From NCBI GenBank assembly GCA_944383255.1, contig CALWOY010000035.1, positions 1-48,564 on the forward strand: a stretch of DNA of 48,564 nt, read 5' to 3'. Below are positions 29,337 to 37,698 of the stretch, piece after piece (positions within the stretch are counted from its first letter, which is position 1; each line of letters begins with the position of its first letter). The notes beneath the pieces were generated by a model that was not told the origin of the DNA, ran no database searches, and was given only the letters and a program-made list of their open reading frames with translations. The position numbers and the translations under genes are program-made. Origin of the DNA: an uncultured Clostridia bacterium (GTDB lineage: Bacteria; Bacillota; Clostridia; Christensenellales; UBA1242).

Positions 29337-31121
29337 ATGAAATATAGAAAATTTATAATTCATCAATATAAAGGAATAGAAAATGATTTAGAAATAGATT
29401 TAGATAAGAGCGGATTGCTAGCCTTAATAGGATTAAACGAATGTGGGAAAAGCACAATTCTTAAAGCCATATTATCATTTGATTCATATAACGATAAAAC
29501 TAATAATGAAACTCATCATTTATCTAGATTAAAAAATTATTACAATACAAGGTTACCTGAAAGATTGAAAGTTTCAGCAATAATTAAATTAAGCGATTCG
29601 CCAGAGTTTAAAAATGAAATATTTAATTTTATAGAAAACAACAATTTATATTCTGAATTTGGAATAGAGAGAAACACTAATGAAGATAATACTTTATTAG
29701 AAGAAATTGACATTGAATCTGAAAAGTTTGGAAAACGATATAAATCTTTTTTATCAACTAATCCAATTATTACAAGAGAATATTCACCAAATGGAAGTGT
29801 ATATATTTTTTCCAATGGAAAAATAGATTTATCAGCAACTTATCAAGATGCATTATCCAAAATTATATTAAAATTTCTCCCAATATGTTTATATTTAAAC
29901 GACAAATTAAAAATTGAAGATCATATCACAATAGACAATAACAATACAACCAGTTTTTGGTTTGAAATATTTGATAACCTTTTTCAAAAAGCATGCCACA
30001 AAAAATTAATGCAAGTTGCAAATAATCAAGATGAGTCAGAACAAAAAACTGATTTAAATAGTGTTAATCAATGTTTAGAAAAAGACTTTAATCAAGCTTG
30101 GGCAGAATTAGGAATGGATAGCGAATTTACCAACAAGATTAAGTTATATGTTGACATTAAAAGAGATGTAAATGGTCATAATTATTTAAAAGTTTCAATT
30201 CAAGAGTTAGTTCAAGGAAAACCATCAGAAAACAATTTTGATATAAATGAAAGAAGTGATGGATTTAAGTGGTATTATTCTTTTGTTATGCATTTATTAT
30301 ATAATCCTATATACAAAAACGAATACAATCACAATGTATTATTTTTGTTAGACGAGCCAGGATCTAACTTAAATCCAAAATCTCAAATTGGACTATTAAA
30401 AAGATTCAGTGAGATAATTACAGAGAATGAAAATACTCAGATAATTTATACTACGCATTCTTCATATATGCTATGCAATGAATTCATAAAACCAAACCAA
30501 ATATTAATTGCAAAAAAAGATAAATTAAAATCAATTGTATTATATGACTTAAAGTCTTATCCTAGCAAATATACAAAGCTTAGTGCATTGACCCCATTCT
30601 ATGATAGTTTACAATTGCCATCTACAGATAGGATGATAAAAAATAAAAAAACTATTATAGTTGAAGGAATCCATGACTTTTATGCTATGGAATTATTTTG
30701 TGATCTTGATAAAGATTATGAAATATTCCCATGTTGGGGTGCAACCTCCATTATCAAAAATTTACCATTTTTTTTAATGTGGCATATTCCTTTTGTATAT
30801 ATGGTTGACAACGATAAGGAAGGCGTTGTAAAAGCAAGAAATGAAATTGAAAAACTATATTGTTTAAATAAAGATATTGTTTTGCCTTTTGATGGGTATG
30901 AACAAAATCCAGATGATAAATTCGAAATGGATGATATTTTCAAAGATAAAATAAATGCTTGGGCTCAAAAACTAGGATGTGCAAATTCTTATAGAAGAAT
31001 TATAGAATATATGTATAATAACAAAACAAAACCTAATGTAAAAGAACTATTAAAAGATGAAGATATAAAGCAAAAATTTAATCTTATAAAAGAAAAAATA
31101 TTAGAAAAATTTTGTAGCTAG
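29337..31121 (+). CDS. ABC-type ATPase fused to a TOPRIM/DUF4435-like nuclease domain (OLD-family / fused PARIS-like defence candidate)
   Basis: Walker A GLNECGKST, signature-like RSDGFKWYYSF, Walker B LFLLDEPGSNLNP, H-loop YTTHSS. The C-terminal part has IIVEGIHDFY ... MVDNDKEG (TOPRIM Glu plus DxD). The start was set at ATG 29337, which follows GGGAG. Confidence 0.65.
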   Translation: MKYRKFIIHQYKGIENDLEIDLDKSGLLALIGLNECGKSTILKAILSFDSYNDKTNNETHHLSRLKNYYNTRLPERLKVSAIIKLSDSPEFKNEIFNFIENNNLYSEFGIERNTNEDNTLLEEIDIESEKFGKRYKSFLSTNPIITREYSPNGSVYIFSNGKIDLSATYQDALSKIILKFLPICLYLNDKLKIEDHITIDNNNTTSFWFEIFDNLFQKACHKKLMQVANNQDESEQKTDLNSVNQCLEKDFNQAWAELGMDSEFTNKIKLYVDIKRDVNGHNYLKVSIQELVQGKPSENNFDINERSDGFKWYYSFVMHLLYNPIYKNEYNHNVLFLLDEPGSNLNPKSQIGLLKRFSEIITENENTQIIYTTHSSYMLCNEFIKPNQILIAKKDKLKSIVLYDLKSYPSKYTKLSALTPFYDSLQLPSTDRMIKNKKTIIVEGIHDFYAMELFCDLDKDYEIFPCWGATSIIKNLPFFLMWHIPFVYMVDNDKEGVVKARNEIEKLYCLNKDIVLPFDGYEQNPDDKFEMDDIFKDKINAWAQKLGCANSYRRIIEYMYNNKTKPNVKELLKDEDIKQKFNLIKEKILEKFCS

Positions 31122-31129
31122 TGGTATAA

Positions 31130-31435
31130 CTATGAATTTTCCAAAATCTTAGTGATAGAGTCTTTTATTTCGGGTTTCGCTTTTTGAAGAAGAGAGATAA
31201 TATGTTTATCTTTCTTATACTGATGTATATCATAGTAGAAAAATTCTTCAAGTGAAGAATTGCAGGCTTCCGCTATATCATTTATAACCGAAATTGAAGG
31301 CTCAAAATTCTTACGATATTCAAGTCGGTTTATATACGCCTCGTTTTTACCAATTCTAAGGCTCAATTCCCTTGCTGACAAGCCTTCACGGGTGCGCAAC
31401 TGACTTATTCGATTTATAATTTCGTTTAATTCCAT
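31130..31435 (-). CDS. XRE-family helix-turn-helix regulator
   Basis: RISQLRTREGLSARELSLRIGKNEAYINRLE is a classic HTH_3 pattern. Confidence 0.8.
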   Translation of the reverse strand: MELNEIINRISQLRTREGLSARELSLRIGKNEAYINRLEYRKNFEPSISVINDIAEACNSSLEEFFYYDIHQYKKDKHIISLLQKAKPEIKDSITKILENS

Positions 31436-31472
31436 AGCAGATACTCCTTATAAATATTGTATCTGCTTTTTT
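31436..31472 (+). terminator. plus-strand intrinsic terminator whose complement is the 5-prime UTR hairpin of the XRE gene
   Basis: AGCAGATAC (31436-31444) pairs with GTATCTGCT (31459-31467), with a T-run to 31472. The loop holds the AAGGAG RBS of the minus-strand gene. Confidence 0.6.
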
Positions 31473-31599
31473 ATTTTTTATAATAGGACGGGTTATCTCA
31501 ATATGAACAAAAAAGTATATAAAATATAGATAAATAAGTCTATATTTCTTGCTTTTTATGATTTTTTAGGGTATAATATGTTTATCGTAGGAGGTAAAA

Positions 31600-32925
31600 A
31601 TGAAAAAAGTTAGTGTTCTATTTAGTTTATTATTAGTTTTATGTTTAGGTTTTACATTAGTGGGCTGTGGAGAAAAACAATCAAATGAACCAGAGGAGCC
31701 AGCATATACCACTTTAACACTAGATGAAACAAATGACTTTATAAACAATGCAAAGTTTAGTGCTAAACACTGGAACTCTGTTTTACATAACAGAAAAATA
31801 GAGAGTGGAACCGCTTCCATTTTGATTACAAAAAACACTCAAAATGGAGCGAACTATGTTGAAATCGCAAGTCCAATTTATAATGAATACGAAATTTCAC
31901 AGGTATGCATAGACGGACAAACTTATAATTATGTTGATGAAACACCCGTTTTTATTGGCGAAGAACAAATGGACTGGGATTCATTATTTTTAGGTATGGA
32001 TGAAACATTATCACAATTTAAGAACATTAATGGGCTTGCAGAAATGTATGACTTTATTGACACAAAAAAATATGTAAATGAGTCAAATTATGAATTACAT
32101 ATCACATTCAATATAGGCGAGCCAAATGTTGAAATGATGGGTGCTGATGCTATAACTATTCGTGTTCGCTTTAATACAAATAATCTATTTGACGGAATGG
32201 GCGCTTATCTTTATTTTGAAAATGAGTATGTGGGAGAAATAAGTTTTTATAACTACACCGATCCATACACAACACCTGAATGGTTTGATGTCCACGATTT
32301 TGACGATATAACCTTACAAGAAGGAACAAATAAGTTAAATTTTGAAGAGTTATCAAGTAGTTTTTCAAGAATGAATTTCAGTATGAATGATTGGAAAGGA
32401 ATTAGTTATGCTTTAAGTAATGACGAACAACTGCTTACATTTGGAAATTTATGGCAAGCGACTGAAAATGGCGAAAACTATATGATAAGAATAATTGAAA
32501 ATGGAATAGAACAAAGACAATTTTGTAAGGATGGAATAAATTATGTTTATAATGGCTCTGTTGCAAGTGAAATAACAACAGCACAATTTTCATTTAGTGC
32601 AATGCTTAATGGGGCTAATAAAGAAGTTTTAATTTTTAGTGATTTGGAAACCGTAATAACAAAACTACCTTTTGTGAGTGCATCAGTATTTCTTACTTTG
32701 GACGGATATATTTATGATATAACCTTTGACGCAAGTTCTATTGAATCGGTTAATGCAGAAACTTTATGCTTACATTTAGAATTTGATATTAAAGGAAATT
32801 TACAAGGATATGAACAAAGTTATATGGTTGGAAATCAAAGTATAATATCGACAAGGTTTTTTAAAAATTTAGAACAAATGTCTACTCCAGATTGGTTTGA
32901 TATCAATGACTTTCAAAATTTATAA
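31600..32925 (+). CDS. lipoprotein with an internal two-fold duplication
   Basis: Signal peptide with lipobox LVGC (MKKVSVLFSLLLVLCLGFTLVGCGEK). Both halves end in TPEWFDVHDF / TPDWFDINDF. The promoter is TTGCTT, a 17-nt spacer, then TATAAT (31572-31577). Confidence 0.8.
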   Translation: MKKVSVLFSLLLVLCLGFTLVGCGEKQSNEPEEPAYTTLTLDETNDFINNAKFSAKHWNSVLHNRKIESGTASILITKNTQNGANYVEIASPIYNEYEISQVCIDGQTYNYVDETPVFIGEEQMDWDSLFLGMDETLSQFKNINGLAEMYDFIDTKKYVNESNYELHITFNIGEPNVEMMGADAITIRVRFNTNNLFDGMGAYLYFENEYVGEISFYNYTDPYTTPEWFDVHDFDDITLQEGTNKLNFEELSSSFSRMNFSMNDWKGISYALSNDEQLLTFGNLWQATENGENYMIRIIENGIEQRQFCKDGINYVYNGSVASEITTAQFSFSAMLNGANKEVLIFSDLETVITKLPFVSASVFLTLDGYIYDITFDASSIESVNAETLCLHLEFDIKGNLQGYEQSYMVGNQSIISTRFFKNLEQMSTPDWFDINDFQNL

Positions 32926-32976
32926 TACACAATAAAAAGAAGAAATCTCCGTTATAGTTTTATAAGGAGATTTTTT

Positions 32977-33237
32977 ATGTTGTATTTATTTGATAAAAAC
33001 GGAAGAAGAATAGGTTATATAAAAGTAGACGGACATGTGTCTTTCTGCTTTGATAGTCAAGACAGGCAGATAGGAAGAATGACAGAAAGCGGAAACTATA
33101 TTTTTCTATATAATGGAAGCGGTAAACTTCTTGCAAGTTTTAATGGCAGACACACATACGACAGCCATAGCAATTTAATAGGAAAAGGCAACTTAATTTA
33201 TAATATTCTATACCCAGCACTTGCAGAAATACGCTGA
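32977..33237 (+). CDS. small hypothetical protein with repeated G-x-x-I/L-G beta-hairpin-like units
   Basis: The ORF follows the lipoprotein gene. Pattern: NGRRIGY..DRQIGR..SGKLLAS..SNLIGKG. No confident family assignment. Confidence 0.45.
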   Translation: MLYLFDKNGRRIGYIKVDGHVSFCFDSQDRQIGRMTESGNYIFLYNGSGKLLASFNGRHTYDSHSNLIGKGNLIYNILYPALAEIR

Positions 33238-33301
33238 CTTATATCTCAAAGGCTTTCAAATAGGCTTGGAAGCGGTAAAAAGCATTCTCTCGGTAAATTT
33301 A

Positions 33302-34018
33302 TTATTCTTCTACCCCATATATCTCAATATAATCTTTAACCGCTTTTTTCACTGCATCTGTTTGTGTTTCGTCTTGCACTTTTTTAAAGATAGATCTAGC
33401 CATTTTTTGTAGTTCATAATAAACACTATCTTCATTTGTTTCACATTTATCGAAATATTTTTCCATATTTCCATTGTATAATGCTTGATATATTTTTTTA
33501 TCATCTCTATTTCTTGAATTTTTAAAAGAAGCATTACGAAAATTCTCCAAAGACTCATCAAATTCTTTATTAGTTTTTTTAATTTTTTCAAACGCAGAAC
33601 TTATACATGATAAACAACTTCTAAAATTAGAATCATTTAATAAATATTTTAATGCATAAATTTCTTCTTCTTTCATTACTGGACAATTAGTAAAGTTAAA
33701 ATCATTTTTTAATGAATTGAGAGTATCTAATATAAGCACTAATTCTTCATATTTATAATCTAATAATGATAAATCATTTTTATTATCAACGGGAAGTATT
33801 TTAAGAAATGGTATATTAAATTTGATATTTTTCTTTTTTGATTCTATTCTACAAATATTCCAATAATTAAATATCGTTAAAAATGGCAAGTTATTACCTT
33901 CTTTTTCATAGTTCTGCAATGTTCTAGTTGAAACGCCAAGTAATTTCGCCATTTTTTCTTGTGATAATTTTGCATACAATCGGCAATGCTGTAAATATTC
34001 AGCCACATGGTCTTTCAT
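33302..34018 (-). CDS. HTH (XRE-like) N-terminal domain regulator with a ~170-aa C-terminal domain
   Basis: AKLSQEKMAKLLGVSTRTLQNYEKE is the HTH. A GAGG RBS is present. Confidence 0.7.
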   Translation of the reverse strand: MKDHVAEYLQHCRLYAKLSQEKMAKLLGVSTRTLQNYEKEGNNLPFLTIFNYWNICRIESKKKNIKFNIPFLKILPVDNKNDLSLLDYKYEELVLILDTLNSLKNDFNFTNCPVMKEEEIYALKYLLNDSNFRSCLSCISSAFEKIKKTNKEFDESLENFRNASFKNSRNRDDKKIYQALYNGNMEKYFDKCETNEDSVYYELQKMARSIFKKVQDETQTDAVKKAVKDYIEIYGVEE

Positions 34019-34032
34019 AATTTCCTCTTTTA

Positions 34033-34060
34033 AACACGAATAAATACTTCGTGTTTTTTT
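34033..34060 (+). terminator. plus-strand intrinsic terminator located in the 5-prime UTR region of the minus-strand HTH gene
   Basis: AACACGAA (34033-34040) pairs with TTCGTGTT (34048-34055), with a T-run to 34060. Confidence 0.6.
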
Positions 34061-34228
34061 ATTATAGCATATCTAAAACAATTTTCACACAATAATTCAG
34101 TAAAAAAATTGAATTAGTGTTAAAAACATGACATTATATTAGCGTTGCAACATATATACGCCTTTTTTAGGGAAAATGGTTGGTTTTTCTATTTTGATAA
34201 GGCATGATAATTAAAGGAGGTGATGACT

Positions 34229-34423
34229 ATGTATCGCACTATCAGCGAAACGCTAGATATCATTAAGAGTTTAGATAAAAATACATCTATAACTCTTTAC
34301 TATCTTAGATGTTTATGTAAAAGCGGTCAAATTCAAGTGCTGAATGCTGGCGGTAAGATTTTAATTAACTTAAAAAGTTTAGGAGAGTTCTTACAACTTG
34401 ATTTAACTAAAAATATTGATTAA
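34229..34423 (+). CDS. small DNA-binding, excisionase-like protein
   Basis: AAGGAGG at 34214-34220, 8 nt before ATG 34229. It is a small protein just upstream of the integrase. The product call is an inference from position and size. Confidence 0.45.
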   Translation: MYRTISETLDIIKSLDKNTSITLYYLRCLCKSGQIQVLNAGGKILINLKSLGEFLQLDLTKNID

Positions 34424-34437
34424 AAGGAGATTGTAAA

Positions 34438-34737
34438 ATGGATGTTTTAGAAAAAATCATTGAAAAACTAGATATACCTAGATATTACTCATATAATGGC
34501 TTTTATGAGATAGGTATATCTGACACCCTAGAACTGCATATTTTATGCAAAAACTCCATGAATGGCAAGTATAAATATCATAAGAAATATATTTCTAATA
34601 ATAAAAGATTAAAAGGCGAAGAGTTTAATGAATGGCTAAGAGAAGAACTCTATAAATTCATTAAGTTAAAAACACAGGGAATTTATTATTTCGTTCCTTA
34701 TGAAGTAAGGGAGGCTGAAAATGGCGACGATATATAA
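34438..34737 (+). CDS. hypothetical protein overlapping the integrase start
   Basis: AAGGAG RBS. It overlaps the integrase gene by 17 nt. Confidence 0.6.
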   Translation: MDVLEKIIEKLDIPRYYSYNGFYEIGISDTLELHILCKNSMNGKYKYHKKYISNNKRLKGEEFNEWLREELYKFIKLKTQGIYYFVPYEVREAENGDDI

Positions 34738-36106
34738 ACGCCCATTGAAGAATGGAAAGATAAATTACGCCATTCAAATCAAGGTTAAAGGTGCGGACGG
34801 ACGGTCAAAGTTCGTTTGCACCACTTGGAAGAATGAGAATAATCTTTCGGGTGTGCGTGCTGAAAAGGCTGCCACTGCATTCGCTGAGCAATGGGAACGA
34901 GAGTATCGTGAAGGTCATATTCACGAACTCTCTATGGCTACCTTTGAACAGGTTGCAAATGTTTGGCTGAACACTAGGAAATACAACATGTCAGATAACT
35001 ATTATCTGCGTGCTGTTGAGTGCATAAAAAGAATATCAAAATTTTTTGGAAATAAAAGGTTTGTCGATTTGAAGGCTTTTGATATTCAACAGTTTTTTGT
35101 AAATATGAACGAGAGTCTTTATAAGGTTTCAAGGGCTAAAATCAAGCCAAATAAAGCGGTCGAATTTGACGAGTTAGTGAAAGCGTATGGGGTTAAGAAA
35201 GCGAGCCGAGAAAGTAGTTTCAACCGCCCTACGCTATATTATGCCCGAAAAGGCGAAATGATAGAGTTAAATTCTGCAAAACTTATCTGCGAATTCTTTA
35301 ATCTTAACACCTTTGAGTATTTTGATAAAATTACAATTGAAAAGCATTATCGAAAAGAAACTATAATGAAATACAAGCGAGTTTTAAGCACGATTTATAA
35401 CTATGCTATGTCTATTGAACTTGTAAATCGAAACTATGCTACAAGTGCCTATCTTAAAAATGTTATAGGTGGCGAGCCGTCCAAGGAGATAGAAATTTTA
35501 ACTCATGAAGAGTTTGATAACTTTATGAAAGTCTTAGATAGAGAAGAAGATGTTTGGAAAATCATTCCGCTTTATATCTTGGCGACCACTGGAATAAGGA
35601 CTTGTGAATTGTGCGGACTTGAATGGCAAGATATAGACCTTGAAAATCGCTTGATAAAGATTAGAAGAAACCGTCTTTATATCAATAATAAAGGAGTTAT
35701 TACGAAAGAGTTAAAGACGAAGTATTCTAAACGAACCTTGCATATCTGCAATAGGCTTTATGATAAACTTGTGCAGTTTAAAGAGTTGTATGATAGGTTA
35801 AAAGAAAATGATAAAAAGTTTGATAAGTGCGGTGCTATCTTTTGTAATCTTGACGGCACACCACGCTTTCCGCACTATCTAAATAAACTACTCAAAACTT
35901 ATCTTATGAAAGCGGGCTGTAAAAAGGTGTCGTGTCATAAGATAAGGCACACATGGATAACGAGAATGGTCAGTCAAGGCGTGCCTGTGAATGTTGTATC
36001 AAAACTTGCGGGACACGCTAACAGTGATATAACACTTAAAATTTACACGCACTATTGCCAAGATATAGATAACTCAATAGATGCTATGGAAAAAATCTTT
36101 GCATAA
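34721..36106 (+). CDS. tyrosine site-specific integrase
   Basis: GGGAGG RBS. N-terminal arm-binding-like region. Catalytic signature TGIRTCEL ... HKIRHTW ... GHANSDITLKIYTHY. Confidence 0.9.
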   Translation: MATIYKRPLKNGKINYAIQIKVKGADGRSKFVCTTWKNENNLSGVRAEKAATAFAEQWEREYREGHIHELSMATFEQVANVWLNTRKYNMSDNYYLRAVECIKRISKFFGNKRFVDLKAFDIQQFFVNMNESLYKVSRAKIKPNKAVEFDELVKAYGVKKASRESSFNRPTLYYARKGEMIELNSAKLICEFFNLNTFEYFDKITIEKHYRKETIMKYKRVLSTIYNYAMSIELVNRNYATSAYLKNVIGGEPSKEIEILTHEEFDNFMKVLDREEDVWKIIPLYILATTGIRTCELCGLEWQDIDLENRLIKIRRNRLYINNKGVITKELKTKYSKRTLHICNRLYDKLVQFKELYDRLKENDKKFDKCGAIFCNLDGTPRFPHYLNKLLKTYLMKAGCKKVSCHKIRHTWITRMVSQGVPVNVVSKLAGHANSDITLKIYTHYCQDIDNSIDAMEKIFA

Positions 36107-36370
36107 AAAAATGGTAGGTCAAAAAGCCTACCATTGATAATATTCGGAGTATTGCGGATTTGCACCGCACAACACACAACACAACAATACTTAACAGGCT
36201 TGATAATAAATTCTTAATACTCCGAGTGTGTTGGTGTTAATTCTCGATTTATTATTCTTCATACTAATCACCTCCAACATTAAAGTTTCTAATTCTAATA
36301 CGGATATTAAAATTGGTTGAGTTTGTAAAAGTATGTTGAGAATTAAAATCAAACCATTAAGTATTGCTAT

Positions 36371-36447
36371 TGGTGTTCCCGCCCGGACTCTAACCGGGAA
36401 TCTTCGCCTTAGGAGGGCGCTGCGTTATACAGTTACGCCACGAGAAC
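36371..36447 (-). tRNA. island-borne tRNA-Arg(CCT), 77 nt, non-canonical elbow
   Basis: The minus strand reads GTTCTCG TG GCGT AACTGTATA ACGC A GCGCC CTCCTAA GGCGA AGATT CCCGG TTAGAGT CCGGG CGGGAAC A CCA. The D-loop has GT instead of GG and the T-loop has TTA instead of TTC. Confidence 0.8.
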
Positions 36448-36553
36448 ATATAAATATTATTAAATTTTAGGGGTAAAAATGGCGAAAGTATGGTTTTTTG
36501 AAAGTTGTGGCATTTTGAGATTTTCTGAATAGCCCTATTTTAAAGGGATTCAG

Positions 36554-36621
36554 GGCTCTCGCGATTCGGGTAAGACAAGCCCTTAGGAGGGCTCCGTAAT
36601 ATCCAGTTTTACTACGAGATC
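36554..36621 (-). other. 5-prime half of host tRNA-Arg(CCT) fused to an island-derived tail lacking a T-arm (chimeric tRNA-like remnant)
   Basis: The minus strand reads GATCTCG TA GTAA AACTGGATA TTAC G GAGCC CTCCTAA, then GGGCT, 16 nt, and CGAGAGC. The acceptor stem pairs at 6 of 7 positions. The anticodon stem is broken and there is no T-arm. Confidence 0.8.
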
Positions 36622-36632
36622 AAAACAAGGAA

Positions 36633-36661
36633 AGTATAGCATATTACATAAAATATTGCAA
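36633..36661 (-). promoter_or_regulatory. sigma-A type promoter of the (now split) tRNA-Arg gene
   Basis: On the minus strand: TTGCAA (36661-36656), a 17-nt spacer, then TATACT (36638-36633), 11 nt before the tRNA 5-prime end. Confidence 0.6.
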
Positions 36662-36679
36662 CAATAATACTACGCCATA

Positions 36680-37573
36680 CTATTTTTTGGGAACTAAGAT
36701 ATTTATTCCTTGTTTAATTACTTCAAAATCAAAACTTCCTTGTCCAATACTTTCACCATCAAGATTGACTATGCAGTTGTCATCTAATTCGACTTTAAAC
36801 TTTGAAAGTTTTTGAACATGAATATTTTTAGATGATTTTTTTGGTATACCAAACAAAAACAATCGCGCAACGCGTATAACCTCACAAAATCTTACTCGTT
36901 GTTTTTTTGCTTTTACAAGTACAACATCAACCAAACCATCATCGAGAGTGGCTTTTTTGTTTAGATGAAAGCCTGCAACATTTTTGGAGTTGATTATTAA
37001 CATAAGTGCGAATGTGCCCTCTATTGTGTTTAAATCATCAGAGAGTTTGATTTTTAAAGATTTTGTGGAAAATAATTTTTTGGCCCCATGTAAGCCATAC
37101 GCCAGTTTACCAACTTTCTTTTTAGATTTTTGTGAAGTCGCATAACTTGCTTCGGTAAATAATCCACTACAACACACATATATGCCAAACTTGTCATTCA
37201 TTTTAAAAATATCATGCGAAAACCAATTACCATCTAAAATTGTCTTTAAAGCTTTCTTTAAATTCTTTGGTATATTGAGTGAGTGTGCCACATCGTTGAC
37301 TGTTCCTGCGGGAATATACCCGAGAGTGATTTTTTTATTTAAACGGGCAATACTGTTGATTGCTTCATTTAACGTACCATCTCCACCAGAGATTACAATA
37401 GTATCATAAAGTTCTCCATTTTCAAGAATATATTTGCCAATGTGTCCAGCATATTGTGAATGTAGTAGAGTCACGTCAAATTTCTTAGAAAGAGTGTCTA
37501 AAATATATTGTTCTTTTTGGGCGATTTTTCCTTTCCCGCTTTGTGGGTTATATGCAAATAAACATTTTTTCAT
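36680..37573 (-). CDS. diacylglycerol/lipid kinase (YegS/BmrU family)
   Basis: YNPQSGKGK and SGGDGTLNE motifs. The start was set at ATG 37573; the ORF-track start at 37588 is a TTG. Confidence 0.85.
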   Translation of the reverse strand: MKKCLFAYNPQSGKGKIAQKEQYILDTLSKKFDVTLLHSQYAGHIGKYILENGELYDTIVISGGDGTLNEAINSIARLNKKITLGYIPAGTVNDVAHSLNIPKNLKKALKTILDGNWFSHDIFKMNDKFGIYVCCSGLFTEASYATSQKSKKKVGKLAYGLHGAKKLFSTKSLKIKLSDDLNTIEGTFALMLIINSKNVAGFHLNKKATLDDGLVDVVLVKAKKQRVRFCEVIRVARLFLFGIPKKSSKNIHVQKLSKFKVELDDNCIVNLDGESIGQGSFDFEVIKQGINILVPKK

Positions 37574-37698
37574 ACTAAAAATATACAAAATATAAAAAAA
37601 ATAGTCAATAACATTTTATTTTGAATAATATTATCGTATGATCGAATGTGCAATGTTTTGTAACGAAAATAAATTTTGATGTCGTGTAATTATGGAAT

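Larger units (their letters stand above)
27850..36580. mobile_element. ~8.7-kb integrative element (tyrosine integrase + Xis-like + HUH Rep-like + cargo) inserted in the anticodon loop of tRNA-Arg(CCT)
   Basis: Bounded by the two halves of one tRNA and by a shared 9-bp core (27841-27849 and 36581-36589). The integrase gene sits at one end and the Rep-like gene at the other. Confidence 0.85.

Noticed and set aside
29337-31121. Gabija (GajA) assignment for the ATPase-TOPRIM gene
   Set aside because: No UvrD-like GajB helicase gene is adjacent. The neighbours are a Rep-like gene and an XRE regulator.
36144-36238. Interleaved inverted repeats (CGGAGTATT/AATACTCCG and CACAACACAC/GTGTGTTGGTG) suggesting a pseudoknot
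   Set aside because: The second pairing is imperfect and built from a simple ACA repeat. The repeats overlap the 23-codon ORF, and with one copy there is no covariation to test.
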